From an uncultured Verrucomicrobiae bacterium (GTDB taxonomy: Bacteria; Verrucomicrobiota; Verrucomicrobiia; Chthoniobacterales; UBA10450): DNA of 64,000 nt. The notes under the pieces are model-generated. The model was not told the origin of the DNA. It searched no databases and saw only the letters and a list, made by a program, of their open reading frames with translations. The stretch covers positions 1 to 64,000 of the forward strand of contig CAVSDR010000004.1 in the NCBI GenBank assembly GCA_963726745.1, read 5' to 3'. This document shows, piece after piece, positions 21,317 to 31,935 of this stretch. The stretch's first letter is position 1; each line of letters begins with the position of its first letter. Both the position numbers and the translations under genes were made by a program.

Positions 21317-22448
21317 CTACTTCAACTCGGTCGCTGCGGCCGGGACGACCAGGCTTTCGCCCTGGAAGGAAATCATCACCTCGGAGCCCGTGCGCGCGAC
21401 CACCCTCACCTGCGCGCCTTCCGGGATGGCGACAAATTTGCCAGCAACTTCCACTGAGAGCGGCCGGGTAATGCGCGTGCTCCAAACCGGCTCGACGCGC
21501 GGCGTGGGCGAAGGGGACCCGCTCGAGAAAGCGAGCCGATCCCGATTCGCTTCGAGCACATGGAAGAAGGCCAGCAGCGCCATCATGCTGCCGCCCATCC
21601 AGAGCGCAAGCGTCAGCCTTTCGCGCCGATAGCTGCGCCGCGGCGAATGCGCGATGGAATTTCCGGACCCTCGGTGCCGCTTGCGTTTCCGGAGTCAGCG
21701 CGCCAATCGCGGCGATGATCTCGCCGGCAAATTCCGGCTCCGCCAGGTGCGCCCAGCGCTCTTCCTCGAGGTGGTAACCGAAGCGCTCGTAGCTCTCACC
21801 CGCCGGCGCGAAAACATCGGCCCATCCGTTCGGCTTCGCGCTGGAATACAGGATTTCGATCCCGCCCACCGTGAGCAACCCCCAGCGAGTGCGCGGAGAT
21901 GGCGGCCAGGCTTGATCGATGAAGGCCTCCAGCCAGCTCCCGTCGCGCTCGCGAGCCACCTGCGCGAGAGCCTCGAGAATGTGCCGGCAACAGCGGCTGA
22001 GATGACCGACTGGCAAACGCGCCCGGCGTTCGCGCCATTCCGAGCAGGTGCACTCCGGGCCGCGCAGGTCGACCGTATGGGAAAGGCCCAGGCGCCCGCG
22101 CGATGCGATGCGGAATTGCGCCTTGACCGACGGCAGGCGCGCCTGGCTTTGGCTGGCCGGCAACAGCACCGGCGCGGCCCGCGTGTCCTGCGGCGCGCGG
22201 GAAGCGTCGCGCTGCAGACGGACGAGTAGTTGCTCGAGCCGGCGGAGCTCCCTTTGATCAACCGCACCTTCGGCCCAAATCTTCTCTAGCGGCTCGAGCA
22301 ATTGCGCCGCCGGCCAACTCCCCGCGGTTTCCGGGTGTTCATTGAGCCACGCCGCAATCCCGGCAGCTTCCTCCGCCGAAACCTCGCCATCCTCCAGGAT
22401 GGCGGCGCAGAGTTGCAGGAGATCGCGGGTTTCCTCGTCGTCCGGCAC
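21317..22448 (-). CDS. Multidomain protein with SWIM-like zinc finger, TM helix and C-terminal SH3-like segment (frameshift near 21630)
   Basis: CTC...CCRH motif; ORF 21317-21598 supplies a TM helix and a beta-rich tail. Confidence 0.55.
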
Positions 22449-22476
22449 GGCGCTCGATCAACTGCTCGTTAGGGCT

Positions 22477-23682
22477 TTACTGGCCCGGAGGCCGCCCGCC
22501 ACCGCCGCCACGTCCACCGCGCCCGCCGCGAATTTGATCCGCGGGCAAGCCCGCGCTTTGCAGGAGGGCCGCGCCGTTCTGCGGATCGCGCCACATGACC
22601 ACGCCGCTGATCCGCTGCAGGGTGCGCTGGCGGGTTTGATCGTCGGTGATCGTGCCGACCCAACCGACCGCGGTCTGCGGATCGGCAAAAGCGAGCGACT
22701 GCGCCAGCCCGGCGACGGCGTTGTCGCGCGAGGGGCCGGGCTCGAGCGCGTAGATCCAATTGGCCGCGCCCTGCGGATCGTCGCGCGACCATTGCCGCAT
22801 CACCTGGTCGAGCGAACGCCGCTGCGCTTCCGCGTCCTTCATCGCAATGGAAAAATTTGCCGCCGCCACCGGATCCTGCGCCGCCCAGGTATCGACCACG
22901 CTGCGCACGGGCGAGCGCCAGCCGTCGCCCTCAGCGGGCGTTTGCGCGGCCGCGTGATTTGCCGCCGCCTGCGGATCGACCGCGGCCCATTGCCGGTAGA
23001 CCACGCTGGCGAGCGATTCCATCCCGCGGAAATCGCCCATGGTGCTGGCTAATTCCAAGGCGGCGCGCGGATCGCTATCGGCCTTGAAACTGAGGATGCC
23101 CTTGAGCGCGCGATAGCGCAGGTCGTTTCCCGGGATCGCGCTCGCCCGCCCCATCGCGGCGCTGAAGTCCGCCGCGGCGAAGGCTTGGAAAACATCCTCG
23201 GCCACATATTCGAAGCCGCGATTGCCGGCGGCGAATTGTAGCGCGCCATCGGGATCGCTTTGCACCCAGCGGGCAACCAGGAGGCGTGAGGCGAGCTCGC
23301 GCTCGTTGCTATGCGGGATTTGGCGCAGGCGCTTGAGCGCGTCGGCAAACCCGGAGACCGGCAGGTGATTGATGAAGTCCTGGAGTGAAAGAAGCCGCTG
23401 CCGCGGATCGTGCTCCGCGAGGACGGAATCCAGCCCGGCGCCCGACTCGCCCGCCGCAGTGCGCACGTCCGTCGCCGTCGCCGGGGCGGTCTTCTCAACA
23501 CCACCGCTTCCGCTGGCCGCAGCGGCCGCTTCTTGCGCGCCGCCTCGGGTCGCCGCGATCGCGCTGGCGCGACGAGTTTCCGGGACACCGCTGCCGGCCA
23601 GCAGCAACCGATCGACCAGGACGCCCACGATCATGGCCCCGACAATGAGGGCCACCTGGAGAAACGCGGGAGGTCGGTTCAT
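22477..23682 (-). CDS. Membrane-anchored helical-repeat protein
   Basis: Repeated W-x-x-x-DP-x-x-A units and an N-terminal TM helix. Confidence 0.75.
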   Translation of the reverse strand: MNRPPAFLQVALIVGAMIVGVLVDRLLLAGSGVPETRRASAIAATRGGAQEAAAAASGSGGVEKTAPATATDVRTAAGESGAGLDSVLAEHDPRQRLLSLQDFINHLPVSGFADALKRLRQIPHSNERELASRLLVARWVQSDPDGALQFAAGNRGFEYVAEDVFQAFAAADFSAAMGRASAIPGNDLRYRALKGILSFKADSDPRAALELASTMGDFRGMESLASVVYRQWAAVDPQAAANHAAAQTPAEGDGWRSPVRSVVDTWAAQDPVAAANFSIAMKDAEAQRRSLDQVMRQWSRDDPQGAANWIYALEPGPSRDNAVAGLAQSLAFADPQTAVGWVGTITDDQTRQRTLQRISGVVMWRDPQNGAALLQSAGLPADQIRGGRGGRGGGGGRPPGQ

Positions 23683-23726
23683 GCGCAGGGCGAGTCTAGC
23701 GCAGGCAATTGCGGATTAGCCAGCGC

Positions 23727-24443
23727 CTAGGTGGCCGCTTTTTGCGCGACGTACACCGTGCTGCGGGAAGTGCAGTCGAGCACCGGATTTGGGAAGGCGA
23801 CCACCTCCGCACGCACCTCGGGAAAGACCTCGCAAAGCAGCGCGAGGAACTCCTCGTCCGGCGCCTCGTCCGACCAGAGCGCAAAGACCCCCGCCGGATG
23901 CAGCTGCGCTGCCAGCGCCTGCAGGCCGGTGACGGTGTAAAAGCTCGCGTTCCCCGGCGCGAGGAGATCGCGCGGCGAATGATCGATGTCGAGCAGGACG
24001 GCGTGAAATTGCCGTCCCTCCGCGAACCCCCTCGCGGACTGCGCCAGCGCAAAGAAGTCCGCCTCGAGAAATTTTACCCGCGCATCACTCGTTAGCCGAG
24101 GACCCAGCGGGACCAGCCCGCGGCGATGCCAGGAGATCACCTGCGCGAGCGCATCGATCACCAGGAGCGAGCGCACTTCCGGATGCTCCAGCGCGGCGCA
24201 GGCGGTGTAGCCCAGCCCGAGACCGCCCACGACCACATCCCATTCGCTCCCGGGCAGGTCCCCCAGCCCACGGTGCGCCAGCGCTTCCTCCACCACATGG
24301 AAGAGGCTCGACATCAGGAAAGCCTCGCCCAGCTTCACCTCGAAAATCTCGAGGTTGTCCAGCGAACGAATCCGCCGCCGGCGCAGGAACAGATCGCCCA
24401 ATGGCGTCTGGGCAAAATCCAGTTCCTCAAAGTCGCGGCTCAT
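23727..24443 (-). CDS. Spermidine synthase-like SAM-dependent protein
   Basis: VVVGGLGLGYT and LLDIDHSP motifs. Confidence 0.85.
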   Translation of the reverse strand: MSRDFEELDFAQTPLGDLFLRRRRIRSLDNLEIFEVKLGEAFLMSSLFHVVEEALAHRGLGDLPGSEWDVVVGGLGLGYTACAALEHPEVRSLLVIDALAQVISWHRRGLVPLGPRLTSDARVKFLEADFFALAQSARGFAEGRQFHAVLLDIDHSPRDLLAPGNASFYTVTGLQALAAQLHPAGVFALWSDEAPDEEFLALLCEVFPEVRAEVVAFPNPVLDCTSRSTVYVAQKAAT

Positions 24444-24531
24444 AAGCCTGCGGTGTCCCCACCGGCAGGGGGCCAACGTTGTTCACCTGGACGGGGCACG
24501 CAACCGCCAGCCCGTCTCCAGACACACCTCT

Positions 24532-24654
24532 GCCTAACGAAACAAAAGATCAGCGGCCGCTGACGAGGGCGCGCGTCGCGCGGGGTGAAAGTGTGGAAGT
24601 TACTTCACGAGTGGGCACAGAGCGGCCGCCAGTCGCTCCCTTGGTTGGTTGAAG
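24532..24654 (-). mobile_element. attC-like site 1 (123 bp)
   Basis: The minus strand runs CTTCAAC...GCTGATCTTTTGTTTCGTTAGGC, an imperfect palindrome with an intact GTTRRRY, directly downstream of a small ORF. Confidence 0.7.
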
Positions 24655-24677
24655 CGTCGCGGCGGTCGTCCCTGGAT

Positions 24678-24917
24678 TCATTCCTTATGGCTTGGCTGCG
24701 GCGTGGGACGACGCCAACGCCACAGTGAGACCATGGCAAACAAGCAGACTGCCCCGGCCATACCGTAACCGAGCTGCCAAGGCAGCCGTTTTGTAGGCTC
24801 CGCATACTCAGAGGATGCAAGCAAACCAAAGACACAAAACGCGAAAATGGCGAGAAGACAGAGCGTGAGAACTGCGCGGGCAATGAGATTCATGTCTCGG
24901 CCATTCCTGGTCTTCAT
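24678..24917 (-). CDS. Small two-TM protein, gene-cassette ORF
   Basis: 79 aa hydrophobic ORF between attC-like sites 2 and 1; lower GC than the flanking genes. Confidence 0.65.
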   Translation of the reverse strand: MKTRNGRDMNLIARAVLTLCLLAIFAFCVFGLLASSEYAEPTKRLPWQLGYGMAGAVCLFAMVSLWRWRRPTPQPSHKE

Positions 24918-24952
24918 CTCAGGGTCGGCGTTTACCAGTGGCGCCGGGCTCC

Positions 24953-25016
24953 GCCTAACGAGCTCAAACAGTGGACCGCAGGGCGCTCCGCCGTTCGCTC
25001 CGCCGCAGATTTAGAC
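24953..25016 (-). mobile_element. attC-like site 2 (internally deleted, 64 bp)
   Basis: The minus strand runs GTCTAAA...GGAGCGAACGGC...CTCGTTAGGC and aligns with one half of sites 1 and 3. Confidence 0.6.
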
Positions 25017-25299
25017 GGCTGAGCTTCCATGCGAAAAGTAGACCGAGCAAACCGCCAAGGAGAAATCCGCCACCAAGGCCAAGAAACGCGGCAAGCGAGG
25101 TCAAGCGAGACGGACCGAGAAGTCGCTCAGTGACAAGCCCGCCGCCCCAGAAGCAACAGAACGCGAGAAAAGCTGAACCGAACAACGGAAAGCAAACAAA
25201 CGAAGCGAGGAACCGGACGCGTTTGAAGGGCAGCAGGCAAAGGCCAAAGAAAACGCCCGCCAGCGCGATCATGAAGAGAAGCCCGATCAAAGGAAACAT
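24964..25299 (-). CDS. Small three-TM protein, gene-cassette ORF
   Basis: 111 aa hydrophobic ORF starting about 15 bp after attC-like site 3 and reading into site 2. Confidence 0.65.
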   Translation of the reverse strand: MFPLIGLLFMIALAGVFFGLCLLPFKRVRFLASFVCFPLFGSAFLAFCCFWGGGLVTERLLGPSRLTSLAAFLGLGGGFLLGGLLGLLFAWKLSRLNLRRSERRSALRSTV

Positions 25300-25314
25300 C
25301 GGCGTACGCTGTCC

Positions 25315-25438
25315 GTCTAAGGAGCCACAAGATCAGCGAAGGCCAAGAGGCCCATCGCTCGGAGTAATGGCGTGGAAGTCATCTCAAAAAGAGAACGCGC
25401 GTTGGTATCCGTCGTTTCGGTGCATCGCCTGGTTAGGA
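25315..25438 (-). mobile_element. attC-like site 3 (124 bp)
   Basis: The minus strand runs TCCTAACCAGGCGATGCA...GCTGATCTTGTGGCTCCTTAGAC. It shares AAGATCAGCG and GTGGAAGT (plus strand) with site 1; R' is mutated (CTTAGAC). Confidence 0.7.
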
Positions 25439-25515
25439 CTTGGGCTCATCGAGGGAGGCAGCGCAGTATGGACATAACTGAAGGTCGTCGCAGATGCGCA
25501 ACGGCGAGCCACCGG
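25433..25515 (-). pseudogene. 3' remnant of a cassette gene
   Basis: ...DDLQLCPYCAASLDEPKS* with its TAA inside the R'' box (TCCTAAC) of attC-like site 3; no start codon. Confidence 0.5.
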
Positions 25516-25530
25516 GACGACGCTCGCGCG

Positions 25531-27226
<1,696 letters not shown>

Positions 27227-27334
27227 CGCTCCACTAGACCACGGGAGCAGCCCAGCGTCGCGCGCGGATAATCTTTCGAGCGGGCGTGCCCGCTGTGCCG
27301 AAAACTGGCCAGACGGGCGGGACGCTCGCCTTCG

Positions 27335-28411
27335 TCAGCGCGAAACGTGACGTGCGGCCGGGTATTTGCCGGCAACCTGCCGGCGAGTTGCCGGACTGGG
27401 TGTCCAGGAGGCGATCGTGCGCGTGAGCAACTCGAGCCGCTGGCTGCGCGCAGCGAAATCGCTTTTCAACTGCCAGCCGACGCGCGCGCGCAGGTCGTCG
27501 CTTGGGCCCTGGCGCGCGAAGTTCCAGGCATCCTCGCCCTCAGCCTCCTCGACGCTTTTCTCCAGCGCCCAGACCGCGCGCTCAAGCTCCGCGAGGAGCG
27601 CGCGCATCTGGCCCACGCTGGTCTGCGCGCTCACCTGGTCGGACTCGAGATCGCTCAAGGCCAGGAGCAATTCCATCCGCGCGACATCGGCCGCAAGATA
27701 GGCTTCCTGGACCTCGTGCCAGAGAGAAGAGACAGCGACTTCACCATCGGCGCGGAGATCGGGATGCAGCCGGCGCACAAGCAGGCGGTAGAGTTCTTTG
27801 ACCCGCTGGTCGACCAGTTCTTCGACCGGTTCTTCTTCCGGCAGTTCGGGCGGGCGCTCCACCCGACGGGCCGAAGGCGGTGGTGCCGGTGGGCGCGCCT
27901 GGAACATGTGCGTCTTGAAGGTGGCAAAGCTGGCCTCGTAAGCGTCGTCGTCCATTTTGTCGGGATTCGTGCCTAACGAGCGCTGGACCCATTCCTGGAA
28001 AAGCGCCTCCTGCTCGAATTCGCTCAAGCGCCGGCCTTCCCCGCCATCGGCTGGAGCCGCGGCTGCGGCTGTTTCCGGGGGCGTCTCGCCGGGATGCGCG
28101 CGGCGGAAGAGCACCCGTTGGTAGGCCGAGGCGGCATCCTGGAAGAAGCGGCGCATCTCCATCTCCACTTCGTGGATCAAGGCCTGCGCCTCGGCGATCT
28201 GCACTTCCACTTCGCGAGCGCGGCTGAGCAGTGGACCGAATTCCCGCGCCCGCCAGCGGGCAAAGGCCGGCTTGTCCTCGTGCTCGAAGCGATGCCACGC
28301 GGCCCGGGCTTCCTCCAAGCGCCGGCGCGCCGCGGTGCACTCCGCGGCGGCGGAGGCGCGCAACGGCGCTTGGTCGATCACAGCCAGCAAAAGCATCGGG
28401 CAATAAAGCAC
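27335..28411 (-). CDS. Coiled-coil protein with an internal J-domain
   Basis: VKELYRLLVRRLHPD...WHEVQEAY. Confidence 0.75.
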   Translation of the reverse strand: MLYCPMLLLAVIDQAPLRASAAAECTAARRRLEEARAAWHRFEHEDKPAFARWRAREFGPLLSRAREVEVQIAEAQALIHEVEMEMRRFFQDAASAYQRVLFRRAHPGETPPETAAAAAPADGGEGRRLSEFEQEALFQEWVQRSLGTNPDKMDDDAYEASFATFKTHMFQARPPAPPPSARRVERPPELPEEEPVEELVDQRVKELYRLLVRRLHPDLRADGEVAVSSLWHEVQEAYLAADVARMELLLALSDLESDQVSAQTSVGQMRALLAELERAVWALEKSVEEAEGEDAWNFARQGPSDDLRARVGWQLKSDFAARSQRLELLTRTIASWTPSPATRRQVAGKYPAARHVSR

Positions 28412-28438
28412 GGCTGCCTCCCGAGGTGGAGGCGGCAG

Positions 28439-28936
28439 CTACGGCGTGAGAAAGATTTTCCCGGTGAACGGGTCTTTCACCTCGGTGCCACCGGGAAAAT
28501 TGCGCACGTCCACCAGGCCCTGCTTGGGCGCGTAGGGACTGGTGACAAAGCCCGGGCGGTTCGGCACGGGAATGCCGTAAGGCAAATCCCGGCGCAGCCC
28601 GGGCGTGGCCGCGACATGCGAAGCCTGCCGCACCATCGGCGGCTCCGGCGTGGGACTGGGCGTCGGCAACGCCGGGCGCGTCTCCCCGGGCGAAGCAGCC
28701 GGCGAGGGTGCGGGCGACTCGTTAGGCTCGGCCGCGTCGGTCCCGGCCTTCTTCTTCGCCGGCCGCGGCGGTGTGGGCGTGGGCCGCGATTTCTTGCGCG
28801 CTCCCGGATGCGCGATGGAGTTGCCGACCGCGCGGAAAAATTCCTTTAAGCTGCGCGCTTCCGCCGCCACCGGGCCGGCCCACCCAACGAGAAAGAGGGC
28901 GACAAGGAGCAGGCGAGAGATGCGGGCGGCGCGCAT
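28439..28936 (-). CDS. Secreted proline-rich hypothetical protein
   Basis: Signal peptide, PTP-rich linker and compact C-terminal domain (PYGIPVPNRPGFVTSPY...KDPFTGKIFLTP). Confidence 0.8.
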   Translation of the reverse strand: MRAARISRLLLVALFLVGWAGPVAAEARSLKEFFRAVGNSIAHPGARKKSRPTPTPPRPAKKKAGTDAAEPNESPAPSPAASPGETRPALPTPSPTPEPPMVRQASHVAATPGLRRDLPYGIPVPNRPGFVTSPYAPKQGLVDVRNFPGGTEVKDPFTGKIFLTP

Positions 28937-28960
28937 GATCGGGAAAGGGAAGACGCGCGC

Positions 28961-29467
28961 TTAGGAGGCGCGTTTCCGATTGCGAGTGGCGGAGGCGGTT
29001 TTCCGCTTGGTCCCGGCCGGCTTTTTCGCCGTGGCCGGGCGCTTCTTCGCCGGCTTCCGCGCGACCAGGGCATCGAGGATCGGGTCCGGCGGCGTCTCAA
29101 ACTGAGCGAGCCGATCGATCGCCGCGAGCAATGCCTCCGGCGTGGTCCCTTTGACCACGTGCTCCTCAAACCCGGCCTCGCGGCTGCGCTCGACGTGCTC
29201 GGGATCGTCGAAGGCGGAAAAGGCGATGCCGCGCACCTTGCGGTTCTTTTCCTGGAGCGCCTCCATCAATTGCCAGCCCGTGCCATCAGGCAAATTCAGG
29301 TCGCATACGAGCACGTCAAAGCGTGCCTTCCCGGCGATCTTCAAGGCGGAGTCGAGATCGCTTGCGATGTCCACCTGGTAGCCGGAAAGCTCCAGGAACA
29401 TCTTCAGGCCACGCGCGGTCGCCGGATGATCTTCCACCACGAAAACACGAAATTCCCGACGGCTCAT
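28961..29467 (-). CDS. Single-domain response regulator with basic tail
   Basis: VVEDH, CDLNLPDGTG and HVVKG motifs. Confidence 0.85.
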   Translation of the reverse strand: MSRREFRVFVVEDHPATARGLKMFLELSGYQVDIASDLDSALKIAGKARFDVLVCDLNLPDGTGWQLMEALQEKNRKVRGIAFSAFDDPEHVERSREAGFEEHVVKGTTPEALLAAIDRLAQFETPPDPILDALVARKPAKKRPATAKKPAGTKRKTASATRNRKRAS

Positions 29468-29626
29468 AAATTCCCCTGCGCCCTCCTGGCGCTCCAATGT
29501 GTTGGTTGCTTGCTCATGGCCCCGTAACAGCTTTCCGCTTGCAGTCTGCTAGCTCACGCGAGACCGCGGGAAGATGCAAACGAATTGCAGCGTCGAGCGC
29601 ATTTTCTCGCGAAAAATCGCCGCGAC

Positions 29627-31189
29627 TTATGGGAGCAACTCGACTTTGTAGAATTTTTGAGAGCCGTCCGCAGCCGACGAGTCGACGAAGCTCTGGGTCG
29701 TTTCGCCGGCCCCGGCGGTGAGCGCTCCGCTCAAGGGCGCGAAGGGCGTCCGCAGGTCGTCCGTGGCCAGCACGCGATAACTCAGGCCGGGCACTGCGCT
29801 CCACTGCAGCTCGATCGCGTTCCCGCCGCTCCGCACGATCGCGAGGATGCGCGGTCCGGCAGCCGCGGCGGCGCCCCCCTCGACCGCGCGGGCCACGTTT
29901 AAGCGCCCGCCGGCGACGACCAACCCCGCCCACTGCGGCAGGAGATCGACCGTGTTCAGCAGCAGCGCCTTGATGTTGCCGGCTGAGAGTGCCGGGTAAA
30001 ATTGCGAGAGCAATGCGCCCGCGCCGGCAACGTGCGGCGTGGCCATGCTCGTGCCGGAGAGCGTGACGTAGCCGCCGATGTTATTGCCGCTCAAAATTTC
30101 ATCGCCCGGTGCGGCCAGGTCCACCGTGGTCGGTCCGTAGTTGCTGTAGTTGCTGCGCGCGTCGGCCCGGTCCGACGCCGCCACTGCGATGATCGCGGGC
30201 GATGGAAAGCTGGCCGGATCGAAGGGCGCGCTGTCGAGGTTGCGCCCGCCCTGGTTTCCGGCGGCACAGACGTTCAAAATGCCGGCTGCGCCTAACGAGT
30301 TGAAGGCCGCTTCCAGGATCACCGGGTATTCGTCGCCGGGATCGCGCACCCCGCCCCAGCTGTTGTTCGTTAGGCGCAGGTTCACCCCGCGCTGCTTCAG
30401 CGCCAGGAGGTAATCGAGGCACTCCACCGCCTCGGCGTCGGTGCCGTTGCCGGATGCGTCGAGGAATTTGCAGACAACCAGCTTTGCTTTCCAATGCACT
30501 CCCACCACGCCCAGTCCGTTGTTCCCGACAGCCGCGAGTGTCCCGGCGGTGTGGGTGCCGTGGTGATGGTCGTCCAGCGGCGCACCCGTGTGATGGACCA
30601 CATCGATCCCGTGCACGTCGTCGATGTAACCGTTGCCGTCATCGTCGAGGCCGTTATCCGGAATCTCGCCCGGGTTCACCCAGATGTTGGCGGCGAGATC
30701 GGGGTGGTTGTAGTCCACCCCGGTGTCGACCGCGCCCACGACCACGTCGTCATTTCCCGGCGCGAGCAAGCGCTGCCAGGCCGGCTCCACCTGGATGCGC
30801 TCCATCCCCCAGAGCGTCCCGTCGAGCCAGTACGGGTCGTTAGGCGGCGCGCCCCCGGCGATGTGCCGCAGGTAATTGGGCTGCACCAGGAGGACGGCGG
30901 CGTTCGCCCGGAGCGCCTGCGAAGCCGCTGGCAAATCCTTGCTCGCAGCCACGCGTACGTGCTCCACCCCGAGGTGCGGAAAACGCCGGATAAGGCTCAA
31001 CCCGCAAGCCGCGCGCACGTGGCGGCGCTCCGTTGCGGAAGCTTCCTCGCGGAATTGCACCAGCAACTCGCCCGGGACCGCGCCGTGATTGGCCCACTGC
31101 GCCTCCGCCGGCCGGGCGAAAAACCAAGCGAGCAACAGGAGCACCAGGCGGCCCCGAACCGGAAGCGGAAGGTGCACGGAGCGAAGCAT
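29627..31189 (-). CDS. S8 family subtilisin-like serine protease
   Basis: Catalytic triad motifs DTG, HGTH and GTSMA; C-terminal QKFYKVELLP. Confidence 0.92.
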   Translation of the reverse strand: MLRSVHLPLPVRGRLVLLLLAWFFARPAEAQWANHGAVPGELLVQFREEASATERRHVRAACGLSLIRRFPHLGVEHVRVAASKDLPAASQALRANAAVLLVQPNYLRHIAGGAPPNDPYWLDGTLWGMERIQVEPAWQRLLAPGNDDVVVGAVDTGVDYNHPDLAANIWVNPGEIPDNGLDDDGNGYIDDVHGIDVVHHTGAPLDDHHHGTHTAGTLAAVGNNGLGVVGVHWKAKLVVCKFLDASGNGTDAEAVECLDYLLALKQRGVNLRLTNNSWGGVRDPGDEYPVILEAAFNSLGAAGILNVCAAGNQGGRNLDSAPFDPASFPSPAIIAVAASDRADARSNYSNYGPTTVDLAAPGDEILSGNNIGGYVTLSGTSMATPHVAGAGALLSQFYPALSAGNIKALLLNTVDLLPQWAGLVVAGGRLNVARAVEGGAAAAAGPRILAIVRSGGNAIELQWSAVPGLSYRVLATDDLRTPFAPLSGALTAGAGETTQSFVDSSAADGSQKFYKVELLP

Positions 31190-31239
31190 ACCGCACCGAC
31201 CAAGTTGCTGGCTAACCTTTCCCCAGGAGGCGGCGCGTC

Positions 31240-31935
31240 TCACAGAAAGCGATCGATCGAGCCTGGCGCGAGCTCCAGCGGCGGCAGTTTCCGCCGGAAA
31301 AGTCGCGCGCCCGCGGCGCCCTTGAGCGCGCATTTCCCCTGCTCCAGCCGCAGCCAGGCGCCTTCGCGCAAGCCGATCACGGGCGTCTCGTTTTCCTCGA
31401 GGAATTGCAGGATGCGCTCCTCGCGGGTTTCGCCCATGTGCCGCGAATGCGGGTCCGGATCGAGGTAATGCGGGTTGATCTGAAAGGGCACCAGCCCGAG
31501 CGCCTCGAACGAGGGCGGCTCCACGATCGGCATGTCGTTTGTCGTGCGGATGGTCGGCCCCGCGACGTTCGAGCCCGCGCTCGAGCCCATGTAGGGCAGG
31601 CCCGCGGCCACGCGTTCGCGGATCACGCCTAACAAGTTCCGGTCGTAGAGCGCGCGCAGCAGGCGGAAGGTGTTCCCGCCGCCGATGAAGAGCGCCTCCG
31701 CTTCGCGCACCGCTTCCACCGGGTCGCTCGCCGCGTGCAGTGACTCGACCGGCAGGCCGAGCGGCTCGAAGAACTGGCGGACGCGGCCGGAATAGGCGGC
31801 GTGATCATGCAACGCAAAAGGGACAAAGAGGAGCCGCCGGGCCGCGCCAAAAAACTCCCGCACTTCCTCCTGCGCGTAATCCAGATACTGGCCGCCAAAA
31901 ACCGTCGAGGTGCTGAGAAGCAAAATCCGGCTCAT
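31240..31935 (-). CDS. pepE: Dipeptidase E
   Basis: GGGNTFRL, GSSAG, FQINPHY and HMGETRE motifs. Confidence 0.92.
   Translation of the reverse strand: MSRILLLSTSTVFGGQYLDYAQEEVREFFGAARRLLFVPFALHDHAAYSGRVRQFFEPLGLPVESLHAASDPVEAVREAEALFIGGGNTFRLLRALYDRNLLGVIRERVAAGLPYMGSSAGSNVAGPTIRTTNDMPIVEPPSFEALGLVPFQINPHYLDPDPHSRHMGETREERILQFLEENETPVIGLREGAWLRLEQGKCALKGAAGARLFRRKLPPLELAPGSIDRFL

Noticed and set aside
24532..25438. Repeats interpreted as a CRISPR array or REP/MITE elements
   Set aside because: The units are 64-124 bp, divergent and separated by whole ORFs, and there are no cas genes. An attC organisation fits better.
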